NCBI GenBank assembly: GCA_963702205.1
Contig: OY969724.1
Span: 544,001 to 608,000, forward strand
DNA length: 64,000 bases
Direction of reading: 5' to 3'
Source of the DNA: an uncultured candidate division Zixibacteria bacterium
GTDB taxonomy: Bacteria; Zixibacteria; MSB-5A5; GN15; PGXB01
Shown: positions 47,242 to 57,442 of the stretch, piece by piece
Numbering within the stretch: the first letter of the stretch is position 1
Layout: every line of letters begins with the position of its first letter
Notes under the pieces: generated by a model
Database searches by the model: none
What the model was told of the DNA's origin: nothing
Seen by the model: only the letters and a program-made list of their open reading frames with translations
Translations under genes and position numbers: made by a program

Positions 47242-48450
47242 ATGGCAAATGTCCAAAAGAAAAAAGGTGTTATCGGAATATTGACCGGCGGCGGCGACGT
47301 CCCGGGCTTGAACCCGGCCATTAGAGCCGTAACGATCAGAGCTCTTCGCGAGGGTTATCAGGTTATCGGATTGAAACGCGGCTGGGCGGGAGTGGTGGAA
47401 ATAAACCGCGACAGCCACGCCGACAATTCCGGTAATTTCCAAATTCTGACCGAAGAAATAGTCAACAAGGCGGGCCGGACCGGCGGCACGTTTCTGCATA
47501 CATCGCGAACTCATCCGGGGCACGTCCCCAAAGCGGCCGTGCCGGAGCAGTACAAAGATAAATATACCGAAGGCATGAACGACATGACCGAAGAAGTCAT
47601 CAAGAGCCTCGATTTTCTGGGGGTAGAATATTTAATCCCGATCGGCGGCGATGACACGCTCAGCTACGGTGTTCGGCTGTACCAGGAAGGCGTCAAGGTC
47701 GTGGCGATCCCGAAGACGATGGACAACGACGTGCCGGGGACCGATTACTGTATCGGATTTTCGACGTGTATCACGCGGACGATACACCTGACCAATCTGC
47801 TGCGTACGTCGGCCGGATCGCATGAACGGTTTCTGGTGCTGGAGGTTTTCGGCCGGTACGCCGGTTTCACGGCCATGCTGCCGACGATGGCCGGGGCGGC
47901 CAACCGGTGCGTTATCCCGGAACATAAGTTCGAAATTGAACGGCTGTGCGAGCTGTTAAGCGAAGACCGTCACAAGAATCCGAGCAAATACGCGGTGGTT
48001 CTGGTTTCCGAGGGCGCTATGTTCGAAGGCAGTGAAATGGTTTACAAAGATACGGCCAAGGATGCTTTCGGGCATATGAAACTCGGCGGGATAGGTGATA
48101 TTGTTTCGGAAAAACTTAAGGAAGTCTCGCCAAAGTTCAACAAGGGTGAGAAAGTCGATATCATCAATCAAAAGCTCGGATATCTTGTCCGGGGCGGTGA
48201 TCCCGATGCCATCGACTCGATTGTTCCGATGGCTTACGGCAATCTGGCGCTCGATTTGATCCTGCGCGGGATTCACGGTCGGCTGGTGGTTCTCAAGAAC
48301 GGTCGTTACGACGACGTTCCGGTGGACGTGGTTACGAGCACCAAGAAATTTGTCAACATCGATCGCCACTATAATGTCGATCGGTTGCGGCCGATATATC
48401 GAAGTTTCGAGATGCAGCCGCTGTTTATAATGACCAGCGAGCACGGTTAG
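47242..48450 (+). CDS. pfkA: 6-phosphofructokinase, PfkA family, probably PPi-dependent
   Basis: TGGGDVPGLN, GGTFLHTSR, GGDDT, PKTMDND, EVFGR, LGYLVRGG. Confidence 0.92.
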   Translation: MANVQKKKGVIGILTGGGDVPGLNPAIRAVTIRALREGYQVIGLKRGWAGVVEINRDSHADNSGNFQILTEEIVNKAGRTGGTFLHTSRTHPGHVPKAAVPEQYKDKYTEGMNDMTEEVIKSLDFLGVEYLIPIGGDDTLSYGVRLYQEGVKVVAIPKTMDNDVPGTDYCIGFSTCITRTIHLTNLLRTSAGSHERFLVLEVFGRYAGFTAMLPTMAGAANRCVIPEHKFEIERLCELLSEDRHKNPSKYAVVLVSEGAMFEGSEMVYKDTAKDAFGHMKLGGIGDIVSEKLKEVSPKFNKGEKVDIINQKLGYLVRGGDPDAIDSIVPMAYGNLALDLILRGIHGRLVVLKNGRYDDVPVDVVTSTKKFVNIDRHYNVDRLRPIYRSFEMQPLFIMTSEHG

Positions 48451-48469
48451 TGGAATTATTTTTCTGAAT

Positions 48470-48507
48470 GGGGGAAGCCGGCCCAACAACCCTTCCCCCG
48501 TTTGTTT
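48470..48507 (+). terminator. Putative intrinsic terminator
   Basis: GGGGGAAG-N14-CTTCCCCC followed by GTTTGTTT. Confidence 0.55.
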
Positions 48508-48660
48508 ATCTTCAATCCAAACGATCTTTTCCGGTGCACCAGGATTTCTAATTTTTATCCCCTTTTCTTTTTTTGAAACCTAATCGACGTTTTCTCGTCA
48601 ATACAATTATCGTGGGTGATACAGGGGTTTCAGTTAACACGATGCGAGGAGAAGGTTGTA

Positions 48661-51118
48661 ATGTTGGAAAAGCTATGTGTGCCCCTGTTTTTGATCGCCG
48701 CCGTCGTTTTGATTCATTCAAATACTTCCGCGCAGGAAACCGAATCCAAAAAGCGGGTTGTCCCCGAAATTAGAGCCGTCCACGTAAATCCGCACGCTCC
48801 TAAGATCGACGGCATTCTCGATGACGAAATCTGGCAAAAAGCCAAACCAAATGCCGTGCGGAATTTTACACAATCCGATCCGGATGAAGGCAAACCGCCG
48901 AGCGAATCGACGCTGGTGGAAGTTGCGTATGATGATGAGGCGCTATATGTGGCGTTCTGGTGCTATGATTCTCACCCGGATAAAATAGCGAGACGGCTGG
49001 TTCGACGCGATCGTTCGACGGAACGTGACTATGTGACGGTTCGGCTTGATCCGTACCACGACCATCAAACCGGCAACGCATTTGAAGTCTCGGCCGCTGG
49101 AGTAATGAGGGACGCCCGCTACTACGATGATTTAAACAGCGATATGTCCTGGGATGCGGTGTGGGAAAGCCAGGTTAAAATTCAGGACTGGGGTTGGAGC
49201 GCCGAGTTCAAAATTCCGTTTTGTTGTCTTCGTTTCAATGAGGAAGACGATGCCACCTGGGGAATCGATTTTGCCCGGGGCATTAACCGGACCACCGAAT
49301 TATTGAAATGGGCTTTTGTGCCGGAAGAAAACGGCGGCTTTGTCTCCAATTTCGGTCACCTGATCGGGCTCAAAGGAATTAAATCTTCGCGGCATATGGA
49401 AATATTGCCGTACGCCGTTTCGCGGGCCGAGGTCGAGCCCAAGGCTCCCGGTAATCCGGACGGGCGCAAATATCTGAGCAATACCGGGGTCGATTTAAAG
49501 TACTCGGGTACTGTCCAACCTGGTGCTCAATGCCACCGTCAATCCGGATTTCGGACAAGTTGAACTTGACGAAACGGTTTTGAATTTGTCGGTGTATGAA
49601 ACCCAGTTCGATGAAAAAAGGCCGTTCTTTGTCGAGGGGCTCGATATTTTCAACACCAATTTCATGTTGTTGTACCCCCGTCGTATCGGCAAGCAGCTCT
49701 ATTCCGGTGTCGATGACAACGACGCTTTGTATTATACCGATTATCCCGACGTCGCCACGATATTGGGGGCGGCCAAGTTGACCGGGAAAGTCTCCGGAAG
49801 AACGTCGATAGGCTTTCTGACGGCCGTGACACAGCAAGAAAAGGCCAAGTACGCGGCCCGGACCAATGTCGTGTTAGACACTGATGACAACGTCGTTTCG
49901 GCCGATACGACTCTCCGCGAGGGTCTGGTAGAACCTACGGCCGATTATTCCGTATTCAGACTGAAACAGGATTTCCTCAAGAATTCGTACGTCGGCGGGA
50001 TGGTTACAATGGCCAGCAAAGACGGCGTCCATCCGGCCGTAACCGGCGGAGTCGATTGGCGGCTGGGTACCAATAATGACTATTGGCTCTGTTACGGGCA
50101 GACGATCTTCAGCCAGGTTGATCCGTACCATACCGGCTACGGATTCGATATATACATAGAGAGGACCGCCGGGAAGCACGTCCGGGGCAATATCGGTACG
50201 ACGTTCAAATCACCGGAGCTCAATATCAGCGCTATGGGTTATACGCCACGGGTCGATGCCAAAAAACTCTCGACCTGGTGGCAGTACCGCACGACTGATG
50301 ACTGGTGGATTTTCCGCAATACTTATCACAATATCAATTTCAGTTCGGAATGGAATTATGCCGGTTATAACTATTCTTTGGACGGTGATTATAACAATTA
50401 CATAGAATTTACCAATTACTGGAATTTCGGGAGCGGCATAACCATACAGGGTGAAAAGTACAGCGATCTGGAACGGTACGGTCACGGTATCTGGGAGTGG
50501 CCGGTGTACCCGACATGGAGCTGGTGGTTCAGCCTAAATACCGATGGCCGCAAAAAAATAGCTTTCAACTGGAATCCGGGCTCCGGGACCGACCGCGGGG
50601 GGACCTGGTGGGCCAATTATATTGGCGTCAGTTTCAAACCCAAAAGTAATATGGAGTATTCGCTGGGAGTCAACTGGCACTATGATTATAACAGTTTAAG
50701 GTACATCGGTGAAGGCGACGACGGGTCGGTATTCGCCGAGTTGGACCGGCGGATGGTTTCGCTTTATGGCAGCGCCGGTATCCTGTTTAACAGGAATCTT
50801 TCTTTGCAGTTGTCGGCCTCGGGTTATATCGCGGGGCTCGATTACAACAATTACCGTTATTATCTGGGCGGGCAGGATTATTCCGACCCGATAGACAAAT
50901 ATAATGTCGACAACAACCGGGTGGCCCTGAATACGTCGTTTATCGCCCGCTGGGAATATTTGCCGGGTAGTACGCTCTTTCTGGTCTGGACGAGATCGAG
51001 GTACGAACGCGACGGAACCATGAACAACATGGATTTTTCAAGGGATTTCGATCGGTTGTTCAACGGTGATGCCAATAATGTATTTTTGATTAAAGTCAGT
51101 TATTGGTTTAATGTATAG
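48661..51118 (+). pseudogene. CBM9-like/DUF5916 outer-membrane protein split by a +1 frameshift near 49506-49508 (may be a sequencing error)
   Basis: PKIDGILDDEIW, YDDEALYV, WSAEFKIPF in the first ORF; LNATVNPDFGQVE, EKRPFFVEG and terminal SYWFNV in the second. Removing one G gives KYSVLSNLVLNATV. Span is 3n+1. Confidence 0.85.
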
Positions 51119-51149
51119 GGGGCAGGCGAGGGGAGGCTGTCCCAAAAGA

Positions 51150-51257
51150 GTTCCGTCGGGTGTTGATTTCGACAAAGTCGAAATTGTCACCCGACGGAAG
51201 CCATTGAAAGACCGCAGGGTCACACCCCGACTGCGTCGGGCCAAGACCCTGCGGAAC
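51150..51257. repeat. Inverted pair of GTTC-type REP hairpins (REPIN-like)
   Basis: GTTCCGTCGGGTG...CACCCGACGGAA (51150-51199) and CCGCAGGGTC...GACCCTGCGGAAC (51210-51257). Confidence 0.75.
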
Positions 51258-51372
51258 ATACAATCAGGACTTTTTGGAACTGCCTCAGGGCGTTTGCCGG
51301 TTACAATTTTGCGGAAATGTCAGGAGCGCGGAGTTCCTAACCGGACGCCGTCTGGAAAAAGCCCCGAGCGGC

Positions 51373-51524
51373 GGGCTTGTTGAAAAACCAGTAGGTCGGC
51401 TTCCGAATCCTGACGAAGTCAGGAGAGAAAGCCGACATCTTGTTGTCGGGTTTCTCGTTACGCTTCGCTCCTCTCGGAACCCGACCTACTTCTTGCACCA
51501 TCCATGCACTATTTCAACAAGCCC
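51373..51524. mobile_element. 152-bp MITE, copy B, with 8-bp target duplication
   Basis: GGGCTTGTTGAAA...TTTCAACAAGCCC flanked by direct repeat CGAGCGGC (51365-51372, 51525-51532). Confidence 0.88.
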
Positions 51525-51559
51525 CGAGCGGCGGGCACCCAAATTTAAAAATCTACAAC

Positions 51560-52780
51560 TTATTCGTAGCGAAGGGCCACGATCGGGTCCAAAGCGGCGG
51601 CCTTGCGGGCCGGGTAAAAACCGAAGAATATTCCCACCATCGCCGAGAACAGAAAAGACACCAGTATAATTTCCGGATTGATGGCGGTGTAGATGGTGGT
51701 GAATTTATCCAGTATCATTATAACCGCGCCGGACAGTGCTATGCCTATAATACCGCCGCTGACGCTCAGCACGACCGCTTCGGTCAGAAATTGCACCATG
51801 ATATCCGACGCGCGGGCTCCGACCGACAGTCGTATTCCGATTTCCCTGGTTCGCTCGGTTACCGATACCAGCATGATGTTCATGATGCCAATGCCGCCGA
51901 CAATCAAACTGACCGCCGCGATTGCACCCAGAAGAAGAGTCAGGGTTTTGGTGGTTTGGGTGACGGCGTCGGTAATTTCGGTCTGGCTGCGGATGGTAAA
52001 GTCGTCGTCCTGGCCGTATTCAATTTTGTGTGACGCTCGGAGAATGTCGGTCATTTCCTGTTTGGCCGCATCCATGTCCTTGATAGAAACGGCGCTGGCG
52101 TTGATCATGTCGACCCAGCGGCCGCCTTTGAGGCGGTAAAAAACCGTAGTCGAAGGCGCGAGGATGATATCGTCCTGATCCCGTCCCATGCCGCTTTGGC
52201 CTTTGGACTTCAGGACACCGATGACTTTGAACGGGACGTTGCGGATGCGGATATCCTGCCCGGTCGGATCTTCATCCGGGAACAGTTCGTTGGCCACGGT
52301 ACTCCCTAAAAGAGCTACTTTGCGTTTGGCGTCAACGTCCTTTTCCGTGAAAAAAGTACCGTATTTTATTTCCCAGTTGCGAATATTGAAATACTCCGGT
52401 GAAACGCCGACGATTTCGGTCGACCAATTCAGCCCGCCGCCGATAACCTGGGCTCCGGAGTTGACAACCGGTGAAACCGCCGACAGGAGAGTCGCCTCTT
52501 TCCTGAGCTTGTCCACGTCGGCGAAACTGAAGCGAACCCGTGTCCCGGCACCCATACGAGCCCCACCGGAACTGGCGCTTCCGGGGAAAGCGATGAGCAG
52601 GTTCGTTCCCAAAGCGTTAATGTTGTTTACGATTTTTTGTTGAGCTCCCTCGCCGACCGAGACCATTATTATGACAGCGCTGACACCGATGATAATACCC
52701 AGCGACGTCAGAAGACTGCGCATGCGGTTTTTAAAAATGCTCTGAAAAGAGGCTTTTAGGAGATTGCGGGTGTTTTTCAT
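51560..52780 (-). CDS. MacB-like ABC permease
   Basis: RSLLTSLGIIIGVSAVI, VGGIGIMNIMLVSVTERTREIGIR, PARKAAALDPIVALRYE. Confidence 0.94.
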   Translation of the reverse strand: MKNTRNLLKASFQSIFKNRMRSLLTSLGIIIGVSAVIIMVSVGEGAQQKIVNNINALGTNLLIAFPGSASSGGARMGAGTRVRFSFADVDKLRKEATLLSAVSPVVNSGAQVIGGGLNWSTEIVGVSPEYFNIRNWEIKYGTFFTEKDVDAKRKVALLGSTVANELFPDEDPTGQDIRIRNVPFKVIGVLKSKGQSGMGRDQDDIILAPSTTVFYRLKGGRWVDMINASAVSIKDMDAAKQEMTDILRASHKIEYGQDDDFTIRSQTEITDAVTQTTKTLTLLLGAIAAVSLIVGGIGIMNIMLVSVTERTREIGIRLSVGARASDIMVQFLTEAVVLSVSGGIIGIALSGAVIMILDKFTTIYTAINPEIILVSFLFSAMVGIFFGFYPARKAAALDPIVALRYE

Positions 52781-53541
52781 GACTGCGTCTCCTTTATTGT
52801 ATCGGCTTCCTGCGGCGGCAGATGCAAAAGGTCTTCGGCCGCCCGGCGTTGCTGAGGGACTTCGCGGTCTCGCAGGATGTGTCCGTCGCGCATCAATATC
52901 ACCCGTTTGGAATAAGCCGCGATGTCCTGCTCATGGGTTACGAGAATAATCGTAATGCCCTGATCGTTCAGTTCCTGAAACAGGGCCAGTATTTCGATCG
53001 AGGTGCGGCTGTCCAGATTGCCGGTCGGTTCATCGGCGAGCAGAATGGATGGCTTGTTTACCAGCGCCCGGGCGATGGCCACTCTCTGCTGTTGTCCTCC
53101 GGAAAGCTGATTGGGTTCGTGATGCATTCGTTCGCCGAGGCCTACTTTTTGGAGCGCATCTTGGGCGGCTTTCAAGGGCTCTTTGATGCGATCGCTGCGG
53201 TCGTAAAACAACGGGAGCAGCACGTTATCGAGCGCGGTGGTGCGAGGCAAAAGATTGAAGACCTGAAATACAAAACCGATATGCTCGTTACGGATAGAGG
53301 CATATTCGTTGTTGGTCAGGCTGTTGACCTCGCGACCGTCGAGAAAGTACTCCCCCGAGGTCGGCCGGTCGAGACAGCCGAGGATATTCATAAGAGTTGA
53401 TTTGCCCGAACCCGACGAGCCCATTATGGCGACCAGTTCGCCCTCACCGACGGTTACGTTAACACCCCTCAGGGCGTGCACGTCGATTTCACCGACGCGG
53501 TAAGTGCGGATGATATTTTTGGCTTCTATAATCGTTTTCAT
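52777..53541 (-). CDS. MacB/LolD-like ABC ATPase
   Basis: [25 protein letters not shown]. Confidence 0.94.
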   Translation of the reverse strand: MKTIIEAKNIIRTYRVGEIDVHALRGVNVTVGEGELVAIMGSSGSGKSTLMNILGCLDRPTSGEYFLDGREVNSLTNNEYASIRNEHIGFVFQVFNLLPRTTALDNVLLPLFYDRSDRIKEPLKAAQDALQKVGLGERMHHEPNQLSGGQQQRVAIARALVNKPSILLADEPTGNLDSRTSIEILALFQELNDQGITIILVTHEQDIAAYSKRVILMRDGHILRDREVPQQRRAAEDLLHLPPQEADTIKETQS

Positions 53542-53551
53542 CGGTGTCTCG

Positions 53552-54814
53552 TCAAAATAAACGCGGACCCATTCTCGGGCCGCTCGTCTGGTTAGTGCTC
53601 TGTGACGATGACGACGTTTCGTCGCCAGAGATAACTTTCATGCCTTCTTCGATATCGCGGCCGAAAACTATTTCGGTATCGGTGCCGTCGGTCAGACCGG
53701 TTTTCACCGGCTCGGCGGTCAGTTCGCCTTTGACGTCGAGAAACCAGAGCATAGTCATATTGGGCCGGTGGCCATTTGCGTGGTTACCGCCGTTCGCGCC
53801 CGGAGATGTCGGTCGTCCGGAAGTGCCGGTGCTGTCGTTCCCGCCGTTTCTTTCCGCCCGCTGCTGCTTGATTTTATCCATGACCTTCTGCATGGTCTCG
53901 GAGTCCGGCCGGTAATTCAGGGCTTTGTTGGCAACCATCAGGACGTTGTCCTTTTGCTCGATGATGAAATCGACGGTGGCCGTCATGCCCGGCATAAGCA
54001 GGTCGTCTTTGTTGTCGGCATTGACCACGACCGTGTAGGTAACGACGTTGGAAACCGTCTGCGGCTGCATACGCACCTGCTTGACGATCCCCTCGAATTC
54101 CTTATCGGCATAAGTGGCGACCTCGAACCGGACCTTCTGTCCTTCCTTTATCTGGCCGATATCGCTTTCATCGACGTCGACCAGTATTTCCATGTGGGAC
54201 AGGTCCTGGGCAATCTCGAACAGGGTTGGCGCCGACAGGCTGGCGGCGACGGTCTGCCCCGCCTCGATGTTTTTCTGTATGACGACCCCGTCGATGGGTG
54301 ACCTGATAACGGCGTACTTAAGATTTTGTTTTGCCCGCACCAGGGACGCCTCGGCCGATTTTAACGTGGCTTTTTGACTGACAGCATTGGATTTGGCGTT
54401 TATATAATCGCCCTCAGATATCATTTTCTTGTCAAAAAGTTCCTGGCTCTGGCCGAGCTGATAATCGGCCTGATTCACTAACGCTTGTGCGCGTTCGACG
54501 CTGGCCTCGGCGTCTTCGACCGATGCCTTAAGAAGGGTCGTATCGAGGACAGCCAAAAGCTGGCCCTGGACGACTTGATCGTTGAAGTCGACATAAACCG
54601 AGTCGAGCGTTCCGGATACCTGTGTGCCGACGTCGACCACGGTGATCGGGTTTAAAGTCCCGGTCGACGAAATCGTGTTTTCGATGTTGCCCTTGGTAAT
54701 AGTGGCAAACTGGAATTTGGCTGACTCTTTGTTGCTCATGGATTTAACCATGGCGTATGCGGCCGCGGCCAGAATCAAAACGGCCACTATGTATATAATA
54801 GTTTTTTTCCTCAA
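53552..54814 (-). CDS. MacA-like periplasmic adaptor
   Basis: N-terminal anchor, VGTQVSG, IRSPIDGVV, GQTVAASL, VDESDIG, PGMTA. TTG start after GGAGG. Confidence 0.93.
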   Translation of the reverse strand: MRKKTIIYIVAVLILAAAAYAMVKSMSNKESAKFQFATITKGNIENTISSTGTLNPITVVDVGTQVSGTLDSVYVDFNDQVVQGQLLAVLDTTLLKASVEDAEASVERAQALVNQADYQLGQSQELFDKKMISEGDYINAKSNAVSQKATLKSAEASLVRAKQNLKYAVIRSPIDGVVIQKNIEAGQTVAASLSAPTLFEIAQDLSHMEILVDVDESDIGQIKEGQKVRFEVATYADKEFEGIVKQVRMQPQTVSNVVTYTVVVNADNKDDLLMPGMTATVDFIIEQKDNVLMVANKALNYRPDSETMQKVMDKIKQQRAERNGGNDSTGTSGRPTSPGANGGNHANGHRPNMTMLWFLDVKGELTAEPVKTGLTDGTDTEIVFGRDIEEGMKVISGDETSSSSQSTNQTSGPRMGPRLF

Positions 54815-55069
54815 AGCAGAACCTCCATTATTATCTATAACACTTTTACATATCCTTTGACATACAGTCTGAAAAAAAGACTAATCAATCCTTTGGGGAC
54901 GGAATGATATAAAAAAATAGCAAGAAGGCTCTGTGCAAATATCCATCAGATGTCATTACCGGGTATCGCGGACGCATCGAACCAGATTGTCGGTTCGGAT
55001 TGATGAACATAGTCGATTACGTATAGGATGCCCGGCGGGTTGGAGAAAACATCACCGTCGAAATCGACT

Positions 55070-55432
55070 CTAATCGTCGGACAGGACCCTGAAAACCCGG
55101 GCGCGGGTGCCATCGTTGAAGAGCACGTCCTGTTCGATGATCTGGCGGATCTTTTCGGGCGAGATTTTGTCGGGATCGTAGGCGAAGACGACTTTATGCT
55201 CGGCGGCATACGTCGTGATGCCGTTGATGCCGTCGACGCCGTCAAAAAACGAAATAAAAAAATCCGACGTGCCCTTGCATTTGACGCCGTCGACAATCCA
55301 CTCGATATGTTTGCCCTGGCCGTCGCCGACTTTCATGATGGCGGTCGGTTTGGTAAAGGCGGTCCGCAGGAAAAATCCGGCGAACAGCGCGACAACGACG
55401 AGTATCGGCAGAAGCAGTTTGGGAATTCTCAT
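55070..55432 (-). CDS. Membrane-anchored heavy-metal-associated (HMA)-like protein
   Basis: N-terminal TM, then VDGVKCKGT...YDPDKISPEKIRQII, an HMA-like pattern with one Cys. Confidence 0.7.
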   Translation of the reverse strand: MRIPKLLLPILVVVALFAGFFLRTAFTKPTAIMKVGDGQGKHIEWIVDGVKCKGTSDFFISFFDGVDGINGITTYAAEHKVVFAYDPDKISPEKIRQIIEQDVLFNDGTRARVFRVLSDD

Positions 55433-55441
55433 AACAATATC

Positions 55442-56206
55442 CTATACTCCGGCCCGAAGGCTGAGAACGCCGTCCTCAGGACAGGCCTCGACGCATTCCA
55501 GGCAGTTAGTACAATCACGATCGCGCACTTTGACGCGGGTTTGCACCGGGATATCCTGCGGGCACGAAATCCGGCACAGACCGCAGTCGGTGCATTCTCG
55601 TTCGTCGCGGTAAATTTTGGCGAGTCCGAGACGACCGAAGGGGTCCATGACCGCTCCGAGCGGGCACAGGTAGCGGCAGAAAAACATCGGAATCAAAAAC
55701 ATCCCGACGACGGTGGCCCCGAGCACGATGTACGACACCAGGCCGACGGTACCGTGGCCGAAGCCGGAGAAGATCAGATAGTACGGGTCGTAGCCGCGAA
55801 GGATCAGTTCCCCGGCGTCGAAAGTCAGGTATAAAAATATAACCAGCAGAGGGTAGCGGATGAGTTTCAGCGCGGCGTTGAGGCGCGGTCCGGGATGAGT
55901 TTTCTTTTTGAATATTTTGTTTCCCGCCCGGCCGAGCAGTTCGCCGATAAAGCCTATTGGGCAGGCCCAGCCGCAGAACGATTTTTTGGACAAAAGAGCC
56001 AGAACCAGGACGGCGACGAGCATCGACAGGTTCAGCGCTCCGAGGGCACAGGTGAATTCACCGGCGGTGATAAGACCCCAGAGGCCCTCCACCCCGCCGA
56101 ACGGACAGTACGCCTCGAACGATCTTTCTCCATAGCCGAGGGCCAGGTATAAAACCAGTCCCAACACGATGCTCATTATGCTGTAGCGAACAATCCGGGT
56201 TTTCAT
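55442..56206 (-). CDS. Membrane 4Fe-4S protein (NapH/MauN/NosR C-terminal-like)
   Basis: CPFGG, CGWACP, CRYLCP and two CxxCxxCxxxCP motifs. Confidence 0.9.
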   Translation of the reverse strand: MKTRIVRYSIMSIVLGLVLYLALGYGERSFEAYCPFGGVEGLWGLITAGEFTCALGALNLSMLVAVLVLALLSKKSFCGWACPIGFIGELLGRAGNKIFKKKTHPGPRLNAALKLIRYPLLVIFLYLTFDAGELILRGYDPYYLIFSGFGHGTVGLVSYIVLGATVVGMFLIPMFFCRYLCPLGAVMDPFGRLGLAKIYRDERECTDCGLCRISCPQDIPVQTRVKVRDRDCTNCLECVEACPEDGVLSLRAGV

Positions 56207-56309
56207 GCTTTCTCCGTGTCAAAGCCCGGAATGTAAGCAAAAACGCGGGTTCTGGCAAATGGTTTTGGCGGGAAGGCCGTGTAAATCAATCCAAAAAAGC
56301 CAAGGGCGT

Positions 56310-57089
56310 CTATAATGAGCCTTCAAGTATTTTATAGAATTTGGCTTTGGCGTTGCGCTCGATCCAGGGATAGTGGCCGCAGTCGGGCAGGATATGAAAG
56401 ACGACGTTCCTGAGGCAGCTTTCCAGAAACGGACGGATGCCGTCGATCGGGTGCGGGTCGTAAGCTCCGTGGATGACTACCACCGGAGCGGTGATTTGAG
56501 TGAACAGGCTTTTCAGATAGCCCGGCTTGTCGCGAAGCGCCGTGAACTGGGGCCAGACGCCGGTGAAGACGTCGTACTGCGTTTCGATGACTTCAATGTC
56601 GGTGGTGATGGGATCGTGCATGTCGGTCTTGTCGAGCATCTTCCCCCACTCGCTCATGAGGACGTTTCGGCGCTGCTGGTCGGCGGTTCTGATCTCGCTT
56701 TGAATTTCCGCGTGCCGAAGGCGGTCTTTTTCGGACAGCCGGGACATCCTGATATTTTCGATTTGGGCCGAGCTTTCAGAGTTGAATACAGCCGAGCCGA
56801 CCAGTATGAGTTTTCTAATCATCTCCGGTAGATGCGCCGCCAGGAGCAGGGCCAGGATCGCGCCCCACGATGAACCGATTAGTGTCGCGGGCAAGTCACA
56901 ATGACTATCGAGTTGATTTTTCAGTTCTTGTATTTGCCAATCGAGTGTAGCGGCGCTTTGCAGCGGTTCCACGACGCCGCGTTTGGCGGATAGCTCGCGG
57001 GCGACGGGCGCCATATATCCCGGTGCGCCCGGACCGCCGTGCAGGACGGCCGTCTGGTAGGGAGCCGGGCCGTATTTTCGGACAGTCAT
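56310..57089 (-). CDS. Alpha/beta hydrolase
   Basis: LHGGPG, GSSWG nucleophile, HGAYD, CGHYPW. Start moved to ATG 57089. Confidence 0.88.
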   Translation of the reverse strand: MTVRKYGPAPYQTAVLHGGPGAPGYMAPVARELSAKRGVVEPLQSAATLDWQIQELKNQLDSHCDLPATLIGSSWGAILALLLAAHLPEMIRKLILVGSAVFNSESSAQIENIRMSRLSEKDRLRHAEIQSEIRTADQQRRNVLMSEWGKMLDKTDMHDPITTDIEVIETQYDVFTGVWPQFTALRDKPGYLKSLFTQITAPVVVIHGAYDPHPIDGIRPFLESCLRNVVFHILPDCGHYPWIERNAKAKFYKILEGSL

Positions 57090-57442
57090 CTTTGTTTGCA
57101 CCGTTCCGAATTCATATTCGTAATAATGCCTAATGGAAGAACGGTCGCAACAATAAAGCGCGATATCCGTCAATATGAATATTAATTGAGATAATATTTT
57201 GGAGCCAGCTATGAGGCGCGCGTGTTTTTGCAATATTTGCGAAGCGAGATGGGTGACGATACATTCGGTGAGCTCTGTCGGGATCTGTTTACTCGGGGCG
57301 TTAAAAGCAGTGAAGAGATTAAAAAAACAATAGTGCAATATCTTCCCGGATCAGAGGAAGATATTTACTTGTGGTTGTCGACCAATGAATTCCCGGAGCG
57401 ATTTAGAATAACCCGGTAGAGTCGTGTTGCGATGACGTTCAG

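Noticed and set aside
49495..49563. Programmed ribosomal frameshift or phase variation in the DUF5916 gene
   Set aside because: No slippery heptamer or long homopolymer (only GGG); error or simple mutation is more parsimonious.
57090..57338. N-terminal extension of the alpha/beta hydrolase in the ORF track
   Set aside because: Hydrolase-like sequence begins at MTVRKYG (57089); the extension is AT-rich and overlaps a probable opposite-strand remnant.
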